Part shown: positions 1 to 12,511 of the stretch, piece by piece
Numbering within the stretch: position 1 is the first letter of the stretch
How the letters are laid out: each line of letters starts with the position of its first letter
NCBI RefSeq assembly: GCF_009914755.1
Contig: NC_060941.1
Origin: the human T2T-CHM13v2.0 reference genome, Homo sapiens
Length of the DNA: 64,000 nt
Reading direction: 5' to 3' (one strand)
Notes under the pieces: generated by a model
Databases searched by the model: none
What the model was told of the DNA's origin: nothing
The model's input: only the letters and a program-made list of their open reading frames with translations
Position numbers and translations under genes: made by a program

Positions 1-174
1 ATAGCATCTTATTGAAGTTCACTGACCCAGCATGTTTATGGACGGATCAAATGTGTATTAGCCTGGCTCAAAACACTGAGGACCACTGACAAGCAAGACA
101 CCAGCCCTTTTCTGTTATTTTTTGTTACGTGTGTATCTCCATCAACTACCAGGAGGAAAGAAAAGCAACTATGA

Positions 175-487
<313 letters not shown>

Positions 488-836
488 TGCTTTGATCGTT
501 CTTAAAGTATGAGATTCCTCAGGCTATGTTTGTTTAAATACAAGCTGATACCTTTAGGACATGAAAAGTTAATTGCCGAGCCTGTTTTTCTAATAGATCG
601 GGAACCACTGTGGAAATATCAGCCTATTGCCATTTGCTAATGACTATTTTCATTTGCTATGATGGCCAGAAGCTGATATTTGTATCTTACATGGAGCAAA
701 CTGTAGAAAAAGGAACATAAACGAGCATCATAGAGTAGATGGAGTTTCTCAGGACACAGGGATTCTTCACCTTACAGAGTTGTACGGCATCACAACCAAA
801 TGCAATGTTTGTTTACTTCAAGAAACGCTGGGATTT

Positions 837-1125
<289 letters not shown>

Positions 1126-1144
1126 AACCCTAGGATTCCAAAGA

Positions 1145-1662
1145 CATGGTTTTCAGGGGTTCTGCAAGGGCTTACAACTTAAGTGCATATGTAAATATAT
1201 TTTAACTATTTTAAAACTGGGAACAAAATAAATATTTGAATGTGTTACATACTCAACCTTCACTCCTTGGGCAGAACTTGCAATCAGGTTTCTCCTACAG
1301 CATCCTCTTCACTGAAGAGTCAGCTGGGATGGGGAAGCATGCCGTTAGACACGGTTCCTGTTTGTACTCAGTTTTCTGTATGAATGAGGATTTTTGGATG
1401 CTGTACTACTTTAACATAATGCAAAAATAAATGAGATGTGGAGGCTGGTCTGAGACATCAACTGGTTTCAAAGTTGTGTTTGTATCAGAGGGCTTTATTG
1501 GTGATCCTTGAATGTCTTTATAATAAATAAGTGGTATAAATTTGTGTTTGTTAGCTGAGTTTATGCTAATAAAATAACACTCATATGGTTTACATCATTA
1601 GATTCTGCTTTAGACTTTGTTTGCAAAATGGTTTCCTTACTAAAAATTTTTGAAAACCGCTG
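1145..1662. mobile_element. Possible degraded hAT/Charlie DNA transposon remnant
   Basis: Ends in tttgaaaaccgctg, which resembles a hAT terminal sequence. The interior is not confidently recognised. Confidence 0.35.
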
Positions 1663-2901
1663 ACCTGGACCAATGCTTTTTTGTTTGGTTTTGTTTTAAA
1701 CTCTTTTTCTTGGGAATCATAAGGCTTCTGTGGCTGCCGCCTGTGCTCCTTTCTGGAGACAGGAGGAGAGCAAGCCGATGAGCACCAGGACTGCAACCCC
1801 TACTGACCTTAACTTCTGCAGAGAAGAAGCCTCTTCCTGTGCCCTTCCACCTGGTGCAATTGCAATCCTAGATAGAGTTCCACTTGGGATGGGGCAGGAC
1901 GTCAGGGGGCAGTTAGCAACAACAACTTGAGTGGGCCAACCTCTCACTTTGTAGAGTTGGAAATGAAATTAGAGCAAATCAGCTTCCCAAGATATACAGC
2001 AGAGACTGCAACACGGCCCAGTGCACTTTCACCTCCTGTCCCCTCCCCGTTGCCTCTGTGCTTTCCAGAGGCTCTGGCATTTACTGCCTTCACATTGCAA
2101 ATTTTGCCCGGACACTTAAAGACATGATGTGGTTAACACAAGCAATATACATAACACAGCTTTTCAAGAGCCTTTATATTGGCTAAATTCGAGGTGTAGA
2201 ATTTTGAACAGTTAGCCTTGGAAATAGAAGCCTAATAGCATCCACATTTGTGAATTAGCTAATTGTTCTTTCCTCAGTATGTCCATCATTCTGCTGTCAG
2301 TGTTTAATCGGAGCAGTATACATTATTCATGATGCTTTTTCCAATTTACTTTGTCATGTTAAAATTAAACACTCAAAATGAAACGGAAAGGAAGACTCCA
2401 CCTTGATGATTACAGAATAACCTTATTAGCATCCTGGCAAGGATTTGCAAGGATTCCAGTGGCCTTCCCTCCTTCTGGAAGCCTAAAGGTACAAGGGTGA
2501 TCGAGCTGGAACACCCACACACAGTCTTCTGTTTGTTTCCGGCACACAGGATTCTTTTCAGGGTTTCTTTGGTTCATTGCAATAATACTGATCTTTTTTT
2601 ATCCTCCCCCTGTCTCACCCACATAATGTCAGCTGTAAGGAATGGCTGATCATGCTAGGCGGGTATTTGTTTTACTTGGAATGGTATTTAAATATTTGAA
2701 GATAGGTTTAAAATATCAAATACAGGTTCTTTGGGGAGAAAAACACAGGCAATGTACTTAAACCTTGTTGAAAATACAAGGTTAGCTGAGGAAAGGAAAA
2801 TTTAATGAATTTTCTATACTCAATCCACAGATTTTCACTCTTTCTCAGTGGTAAGCCCAGAATGGCATAAAGAATTCATTAGCAAAAAGTCTTATGTTCA
2901 A

Positions 2902-3063
2902 GCTGGGTGCAGTGGTTCACATCCATAGTCCCAGTACTTTAGGAGGCCTAGGTGGGAGGACCACTTGAGCCCAGGAGTTCAAGGCTGCAGTGAGCTAGGA
3001 TTATGCCACTGCACTCTAGCCTGAGAGACAAAAGGAGACCCTGTCTGAAGAAAAAAAAAAAAA
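2902..3063 (+). mobile_element. Alu monomer (FRAM/AluJ-like)
   Basis: Single arm with ggagttcaaggctgcagtgagcta and a poly-A tail. Confidence 0.85.
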
Positions 3064-3440
3064 TCCTCTGTTTAACATTTTCATATTATTTTGCCTCTGT
3101 GTACATAAAATATGAATTAGGCTGAGCTTTGTACATATTTACCTGTGTGAATTTTGTATACTGTTAAATACTTGAAACAATCACAGAAGCCCAAGCTGGG
3201 ATATTTTGCTTCAGTGAAGACTGAGCAAATATGGTATGAGTATTTTAAGGATATTGTCACTCACATGAAGCCTGTGCTGTACAGGACATCTGCTAACAGT
3301 TCTTTATGTCACCAAAAACATTATAGCAAAGTATCGAGTTGGGGGTAACTCATTTTCACTTGTGCTCATGCACCAAAACACTGAGGAGCGGTGGTTGGAG
3401 TCCATATGCCCAGCTCACCCTCTCCTTTCTTGATTCACAG

Positions 3441-3569
3441 CCTGCGATATGAACGTTCACAAGCAATGCGTCATCAATGTCCCCAGCCTCTGCGGAATGG
3501 ATCACACTGAGAAGAGGGGGCGGATTTACCTAAAGGCTGAGGTTGCTGATGAAAAGCTCCATGTCACAG
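3441..3569 (+). CDS. PRKCA: PKC-alpha coding exon 5 (129 nt, phase 1-1): end of C1B zinc finger and start of C2 domain
   Basis: Acceptor ctttcttgattcacag|CC and donor ACAG|gtaagg. Translates (T)[42 protein letters not shown], recognised as PKC-alpha about residues 134-177. Confidence 0.98.
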
Positions 3570-6012
3570 GTAAGGCTTGCTCATCCCGGAGCAGCATCGT
3601 GGGCAGGCATTTGGATGAAGGTTACACTGATATTAAGGCAGGGTGGGGGCTGGGCTGGATGCCCTGAGGCCTCTGGAGAGGCAGTCGCCCTGGTGGAGCC
3701 ATCACTGTCTCAGAGCCCTCCAGCCCTCTGAGCCCTCGGGTTAATACACCTCCCAGGAGATGGGTCTGTACACCCAAATTCCCAAATACTCAATGTCACA
3801 CAAAGTCACAAGCACTGTGTGGATTGGGCTATTCTGACAGCATGGCCCGTGTACTCTCCTCCCGGTGACAGGGGGTCAGGGGAGCCAATTAATCAAAATG
3901 CTGTTGGAGGGAATGGAACTAGAACAAGGGGAGGCGAATGGATGGATGACCCAGGTGTTTTGTGGCATTGGCCTGTGATGGCCCAATAAATCCACCTCAG
4001 CGATAGCAACAGCCGTTGAGTGCTTTTGCTTCCTCTGTGTTAGGTATGGTGCTAGGAACTTCACATAGATTAGTTATTTAGACCTGACACCTAGCTGGTT
4101 ATTAGCCTCATTTTCCAGAAAAGGAAACTGAGGCACAGAGAGATCAATAACTTGCAGTGTTACAGTTAGTGAGGAGCTGGGATAGGAATGGAGGCATTTG
4201 ACTCCAGATACTGTGCTTATAATTACCACACCTCCTACAAACAGCCTGGCTATGGGACCGGAATTCCCTATCCACGGGCCTGGTTACTCCCTCCTCGGGG
4301 CTGTTTCTGGGTGGGCTCTGCCACAGCATGGCTTTTTCCTGTGGTTTTCCCACCAAATCCACTTTCGGTTCATCGGCACACTCAGTCAAGTTATCCTGGA
4401 GTCTTATTGGCCTAGGACCCATCCCGTGTCCTCAAGATGGCTTGAGTTCTCGGTACCATGACCCACTCCATGTTGGTGTATGGTTCAGCTCTCAGGCATC
4501 AGCCTATTTCCTTGCACTTGGGGGTCCCTGAGGGACCAACTGTATACATTACCCTTGTTGACAAGGGCATTCATTTTCATTTGATCAGCAAAGGTATCTT
4601 CCTTCTGTATCTAGGAATTTGAAGCTATCATAAACATGGAAAGACTGATGCTAATCTATTAGGTTTAGATAACAGAAAACATCATAGAAGAAGGGTTTAG
4701 GAGGATCTGTTTTAAGAAAAAAAGGGGAAGGTGGGGACTTCCAAAGAAAAGCTTACCTTTGGAAACATCCTCAGGTTTTTCCTTTGAAAGATAAGCAAAT
4801 GTTCTAACCAGGGCTGTCCCCTCAGGTAAGAACTCAGAGAAGAACAAAGGATTCCAAGGTATCGCTGGGAGAGGGTAACAGTTTGCCTCTGGATAACCTT
4901 GAAACCAGCTATAGCTGATGGTCAAAATGGAACTGGGAATGAAATCCCTATCATAGATACAGAATCCCTTCTGACTTTTTGTAGTTTTTAGAGAAATTCT
5001 TTTATTTTCTCAAGACCATCCCTATTGTGCCATTGCCTTTGGGGCTGTGATTGTCACCTGCATTTCTTTTTAATGGGCTGATGCTGTCCTTGGAATCCCT
5101 GCCCTTATCTGACAGCCAGGGCCCCTCTGACTGGGCACTGATGCTCTCTGCCCAGAGGAAGATGGTGTTCCTCGGGGGCCATGAGCTAGGCCATGAGACC
5201 CCTCTGCAACATCACAGCTTTGCTCTTGTTTCTCTTTCCTACTAAGGCTTCCACATTGTCAAAACCATGTATGGGGGGAGCAGATTTTGCAGCCGAGGGG
5301 AAAATTACCATAAAACCTAGTCTCCGTAGGTGGTAAGGGATCAAGGAGCATAAAGTAGAATGCCTATGGCTAAACATGTCCATGCTTTTCTTACCTTTTC
5401 CTTTATTTCCAAAGCTACTGCTGTTGGCAGTAGAATAGACATCACAGGTGAATATTCAGTTTAATTATGGGTTTACATGTGGCTACCTTATGGCTCGCTG
5501 TAAGGCAAGAATGCCTGAAATGTTTAGCTGGCATTCTTTGTGTTTCTAGATAAAGCAAAACATGTGCTATGCATGCTGGACACGCCCCGTGCCGTCTTCT
5601 GTAATAAAAGCAGCAACCATATGGTACTGCCGGAACCTTCCAGTATCTCCTATAAACCTCAAGAGCCTTGCAGATCTAAAACTGCATAGAGAGCACAGAT
5701 GCTCTGGCTGGGGTGGCACAGGTACACAGGTGGAAGACAAAGGTCAGGCCTTATCGTGCTAGAGCTTACATCAGGCTAATTCCTCTACCATTGCCAAAAG
5801 TTGAACTTGACTCACAATTGTAGAGTCAGCTTAAGGAACAAGACCTTTCACTGGGTTGGATGTCGACTTTTTGCATGTGAAAGCCAGCCAGTATTGCTTA
5901 TGCCAACTCTCTGGGCTAAGTCCCTTGAGAATTAGTTTAAAAATTTTTGTAGAGCTATAGCTCCACTCTAGGAATGTGAATTCAGCAAGTTTAATTAATA
6001 ATAATAATAATA

Positions 6013-6381
6013 ATGTCTTATTCCATTCAGGCTGCTATCACAAAATACCTTAGACTGGGTTATTTATAAATAATGGGAATTGATGTATCACAATTCTGGA
6101 AGCTGGGAAGTACAAGATCGAGGCCCCAGCAGATTCAGTGTCTGGTGAAGGCTCCGTCTCTGCTTCATAGATGGCACTTCTCACTGTGTCCTCACATGGC
6201 AGAAGGAGGGCAGGCTGTGTCCTCACATGGTGCAAGGAGCGAACTTGCTCCCTGTCATCTCTTTTATAAGGCTCTGCGTTTGGTTGAAGGTTATCCCGAA
6301 AGGATTACTTCCCAAAGGCCCTACCTCTTAATACTATCACACCGGGAATCCAATCTGAAGATATGAATTCAGACCACAGCA
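6013..6381 (-). mobile_element. MaLR solo LTR (MLT1A/MST-like)
   Basis: ggctgctatcacaaaatacc...ttctggaagctgggaagtacaagatc...tgtgtcctcacatggcagaag...ttcagaccacagca. Confidence 0.8.
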
Positions 6382-6880
6382 AATAGTAGCAGCAGCTCAC
6401 AGCTATTCAGTGCTTCCTCCACAGGACCGCTTTCTAAGTACTTTATGTACTAACTTTTATTCAAATCTGTGAAGAAGTTGACTTTATTATCCTTACGTTA
6501 TAGATGAAGAAACGGAGATACAAGGAAATGAAGTGACTCACCCAGAGTCACACAGATGGTAAATTGGATGGCTAAATATTTAAATGGCACATGCGGAGAG
6601 AAGATATTTTGATGACAGTTTCCATAAGAATTGGAATCTATTTTTAAAGTACAGTTATGTGTGTGAAGGGAATCCAATGTTAAGTATGGAAAGTCAGGCT
6701 CAAGGAAATAACTAATTAGTAATTACATCTTTAACATTTTTAATTTAAAGTAATTTAAGATTTTCAGAAAAGTTGCACACACAGTACAGAGTTCTCGTAC
6801 ACCCTTCACCCAGCAACCCCCGATGTTAATGCCCTTGTATAACTATAGTACCTGATAAATTTATGAAAAATAAGTGCTTA

Positions 6881-7200
<320 letters not shown>

Positions 7201-9976
7201 GGTACCCGCATTAGTTACTAGGAATTTTTTTAAAGAGCCAAATAGAAGACATCAGACTCATCTTATTTCAGTATAAAAGGACCACAAGTGGTACTAAGCA
7301 GAGCCCCCTTGGGGCAGTGCTTGCCAATGATGGGTGGCACCCCCATGCCCATTATCTGCCTGCACCTTCTCCCAACCAAATAGTTCAGGCATGAGTTTGT
7401 CTTGAGAAATGTTTTCATACCAATAGCTACCATTTATTGAGTGCTTGCTCTATATTTATTGTTCATAGGACTGGACCTTTATGCTCAGCATTTTATATTC
7501 ATTGCTTCATTGACTCCCCAACCAATCCCATGAAGTAAATACTATTATTATCCTCCTTCTTGAAATGAGCAAAGGAGCTGAGAGAAAGGAAGGAAATGGC
7601 TCCAAGTTACAAGGTGGAAAGTGATGTAGTTGGGGCCGCAGCCCGGGCCTGGCTTCCACACTCTTGCTTTCAGTGCATAGGCTATGAATGTTCCAAGTCT
7701 CTCTTATTAATTAGAGTCTCCTTTGGAACAAACAATTAACCCATAAATATTTGCTGAACCCACAATCAGCACCCCACAAAGTTTTTTGAGGTCACGGAAG
7801 GTCCAAACATGGGACTTAAAACCAGGGGAGAAAAGAGTAACACAAGAAGAGAACAAAGAACAACCCATATCCAAGTAAAATTAAATACCAAGTACATGGT
7901 GATGAAATAGCACACCCTTGGGAGGTACTGAGGGTGGGGAAGGGGACAGAGAGGGAAGGACCCTGTGGAGAAGCAGCCGACTGAATACTGTAGGTATTTG
8001 AGAGACAGAGAGGGAAGAGAGCTCCGATTGAGAGAGTCAGAGGGCTGTGGGAATTAGCCTGGTGGTGGCTTTCATGAGAACACAAATATAAACCATAAGC
8101 CATCACATGCAGAGTTTATGGTCCAGATGCGAGTGATTTCTCAGAAAATGCACTTAAACCTGAACCCTGAGCAGCTGTGTTAATTGCTAGGTTAGTTCAA
8201 ACTGTGTCTTACCTATGTAGAATCACTCAGGTTGAAGATAATTCCCAAAGTAACGTAGAAACTCCCGACAGGAGCTCTGCTTCAGGATGGAAACCTCCGT
8301 TTGCAGTCAGAGATGAGTTTTCTTTCTAGCTTGGTGGGGTATTTATGGGAAAGCCCCGAGCTTTGGTGGTGTATTTTTATTTTTTGCCTTTGGGCGGTGG
8401 TGCTGATATTATCAGAATGGTGTCGGGGTTTTTTTTTTCTTCTTCTGATAGGAGATTGTAATAGGTTTTCTACACTCTAGTGTGTTTTGTAAATTCGGTT
8501 TATAGGAGTAGTAAAAAAAAAATCCCTCATGGGAACCAATTTTCAATTTAATCTTGTAAGTAAATGGAAAAAATATCGGGTGCTTTAGAGCTGTTTCAGG
8601 AGCACGTCTCTCCCACAGATAGATTATTCTGAAGAAGAGTCTAATTTTCTCAACAACTTGAGTTTGTTAATTTGGTGTGGAGATTGAAGTTTTAAACTGA
8701 ACTCTGGTCGGGGAGGGGAAGACTTCCTCCCAGCTCTTACGGCCCAGAGACTCCTCCTGCCTACCTAGGGCCCTGCGTGATTTGATGTCTGTCACCCCTG
8801 CAGATATGGAGACTCACCCTCATCTTATTGTAATTAAAACAATAATATTCCCTCTGTGTGTTCTTCCACCTTATCATGGTGTATTTGTTACAGAATGAAG
8901 GAAATGAGCCTCAGCTTTGTATGATAATCGTTCATTTTTTTTGCTTCACCCATTGATCATACATTATTGAGCGTGTGTCCTGCTGTCTTCCTGGCACCAG
9001 GGATGCTAAGATGATTAAGACCTAGACCGTGTCACAGACTGTGTGGTCTTTGGGGGAGAATTCAGGCATGAAAAAGAATTGGCGGGTGCTGTACCTGCAG
9101 TGGGAGTTTGGGAGAAGGGGAGCCTCAGTGGCCCTGGGGAGGCAGCAGGTGACAGCTTCACATCGGAAGTGCAGTGGAGCCGGGAGGACAGGGAAGGAAG
9201 AAGAGGGCATTCCAGGCAAAGATGCAGAGTGTGTTCAGGAAGCTCAGCACCATCCAGGATGTCAGGAAGTTCAAGTGAGAGTTGGAGAGAGCTGGAGGGA
9301 AGTTTGTTTCTTTCCATTTTCAAAGTATGAGAGCTGCAATCATCAGTTTACCAGTTGCACAATCCTTAGGAGCCATGCGCACAGGCTCTGAGTTAAATAT
9401 TTCTTTTTAAAACAGGAAGATTTTAAGTTCCAGGTAGCTACGTTTTCAACAAGAACAGAGCATCAGTCTCCTAGCCTGAACTCTACACATCACCCTGAGA
9501 TTCACAGTGAGCAGAGACCTTCTCTATCATTGCTGGGTGAGGAGACGCAGCAGGTAGCCCAACCTTTGCCTAAAAGCTTTGCACAGGTACCTTTTGCAGT
9601 GACAGGCAGGCTGTGGAATATAATAACTTGTTGGAGGCTGCCAGCAAGGAGCTGCACCAAGCTCCTTATTTAAAGGAAAAGGTATTAGTTGGAAGTCATT
9701 TCTGTTCAATAAATCTTGGTTATGGGATTTGGATCCAGATCAGGAACGTAGATGGTGACGCAGCAGATGTATCTGCTCCTTTGGTTTGGGATGGAGAGGG
9801 AGAGGGTGCTGGCAAGAAGCTGCTTATCCTCAGGGGCACCCAGAGTGTCCACTGTTGGTGATCCTGCATTTGACCACCTGGTTCAGCGTTCTCAGCAGAT
9901 CCCTCCAACTGCAAAGGTATTTTTGTTGTTGTTGTTGTTTGTAATTAATAAGGAATCTGGATGTCATACTTGATGA

Positions 9977-10330
<354 letters not shown>

Positions 10331-10339
10331 AACCATTCT

Positions 10340-10760
10340 TGATTAAAAGAGAATGAGGAGACATGATTACCAAATGCAATCTGTAACACTTGGTTGGATC
10401 CTGGATCCAAGAAAAAAACAGCTGTAAAGAACATTTTGGGGACAGTGGGGACAGTTGAATCTGGACTGTATTTTAGAGAATGTTTTTGTACCAGTGTGAC
10501 ATTTCTGGGTGGTAATGGTCATGTGATTTTGGAGGGGAATGCTGAAATATTTTAGGGGTCATTTTTTCCTAATGTCTACAACCTACTTCCAGATGGTTCA
10601 ACAAAAGCAAAAAAACAGACAGAAATCTGAAAATAGGACCAGGCGGGGGTTGGGGCCAAGAAGAGAGGGTGTGTGCAGGCAAGAGCACCTGTGGCGGAAT
10701 AATAGTGACTCTAGAAAGTGATATAGGTGTTCACTGTACTGTTCTTTCAACTTCACTCCC
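10340..10760 (+). mobile_element. Old L1 (L1MC/L1ME-type) 3' UTR fragment
   Basis: gagacatgattaccaaatgcaat...ttggatcctgga...ggtgttcactgtactgttctttcaactt. Confidence 0.65.
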
Positions 10761-11382
10761 AAAAACTTGGGCAATGATATCTATGTCTGGAGCTTTGTTT
10801 CAGTTGATCGTACTTAAATGTACTCTGTAGAGGTCATTCTTGGCTAGAAGGAAGCCCCTGCTGAAGCAGCCATCAGAGCGCCTCAGCAGTTAAGCTTCCC
10901 TGCCTCCACCCTCTTACTCTATGACCCTCCCCTGCCTCTGTCCATGGCCACCAACGCCTTTCCTTTTGTGGATGGCAGACCAAAGGAGACAATTATTCTG
11001 CCTCAACCCAACGCTGTGTTTCCTTGTGGTTCTGCACTGAGGCTGGGCCCAGAAGCCTGGTTCATGAAGAGCACTCACCTGGCCCCTGGCCCCTGGCCCC
11101 CGTTAAACAGGTGAGTCACTGACCATTTCCTTAGAGCCACCTGGGACTGGCTGCATGGGACTTGCCATGACACAGCCGGCCAGACTGCCACAGGCAGGTT
11201 CTGGGAACTGTACACTTACATGGATGGGCAGGGGCTGCCTGGGATTGGGAGCCACTAGTGGTCTATGTCCCCAAGAGCTTGTGTATGACCCCCATTTTCC
11301 AAATAGCTCAGGCAGAAAAGAAAATGTGAGTTAAACAGCTAAAGGAGTCATATGTAGGTATGTGTACATATGTGTAAGAAGT

Positions 11383-11670
11383 AGGCTGGGCATGGTGACT
11401 CATTCCTGTAGTCCCAGCTACTCAGGAAGCTGAGGCAGGAGGATCTCTTGAGCCCAGGAGTTTGAGACAAGTCTGGGCAACATGGCAAGACCTCGTCTAC
11501 ACAAAAAGAAAAAATAACCAGATATGGTGGTGTGCACTTGTAGTCCCAGCTACTCAGGAGGCTGAGGCAGAAGGATCGCTTGAACCCAGGAGTTCGAGGT
11601 AACAGGGATCTATGATGGCGCCACTGCATGCCAGCCTAGGTGACAGAGCAAAACCCCATCTCCAAAAAAA
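11383..11670 (+). mobile_element. Alu (AluJ-like)
   Basis: Diverged dimer with ttgagcccaggagtttgagac. Confidence 0.9.
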
Positions 11671-12478
11671 TAGTAGTTGTGGGCACAGTATTGGCAAAGC
11701 TGTTGCTTATTGTATAAATAAACATCAAGGAGTTGGGGAATGGCTGAGTGGGCCGTTTGCATTCTGCATCTCCCCTCCCTTTGGATACCACTCTCCTCGA
11801 TCTGAGGGTTCCATGCCTGCTTTAAAGACACCAGCTTCTATTTCCTGCAAGTTTCCAGCTCTTAAAAAAAAAAAAAAAAACCAACAAGCTTTATGATGCT
11901 CACATACGAGAAACTACTTCCTTTAGTTTGTCTTTAAATACTGGTAGAGAAAAGTCCATAATAAGAGGGGTAACTGCTCTTCATGGCAAAGCACACTTTA
12001 TCTCCATGGCTTTGTAGAAGTTTCATGAATCCACTAACATCAGCTAATTCTGAAAGTGATAGGCATTGTTGCACTAATTTTCCCTGGGGAGAGGCACAGC
12101 AAGACTGGGTCCTCTCTTTTGTAGATGGAGAAGTAAGAATGAGTGGGGCGTTCAGTGTTCTTGCAGAGAGGATTGGTGGGTCCGTTTAGCTAGGAAGTGG
12201 TCGCACCATCTAGCCAGGGGACCCTTATTATCCGATGATCTCTCTGTGCCTGGCCTCTTGCAAATGGAAATGCTAACAAGATCCAGCCAGTCACAGCAGT
12301 AGCAGCTGCCTAGAAAGGGGACATGAAGGGCAAACCAGAGAAGCTCCGGGTGTTTCTTGAATGCTTAGATCCTGTGAGAAGAGAAACCGACACTGATTGA
12401 ACACTTTTCGTGTACCAGGCCCCAACTGGATGCTTTCCTATGTATTTCATCCCAACCACCTTTTGGGAAAAATGCTAT

Positions 12479-12511
12479 CATCATCATCAGCAGCAGCAGC
12501 AGCAGCATCAT
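12479..12511 (+). repeat. (CAT)3(CAG)6(CAT)2 compound microsatellite inside a MIR relic
   Basis: Read directly from the sequence, followed by the MIR-core motif tgaggaaactgaggct. Confidence 0.9.

Noticed and set aside
3570-3667. C-terminal part of ORF 3449..3667 (GKACSSRSS...WMP)
   Set aside because: It is read-through past the strong exon 5 donor. I saw no nearby polyadenylation evidence for a C1-only isoform.
6184-6230. 16-bp direct repeat ctgtgtcctcacatgg
   Set aside because: It is a small internal duplication in a MaLR LTR with only two copies, not an array.
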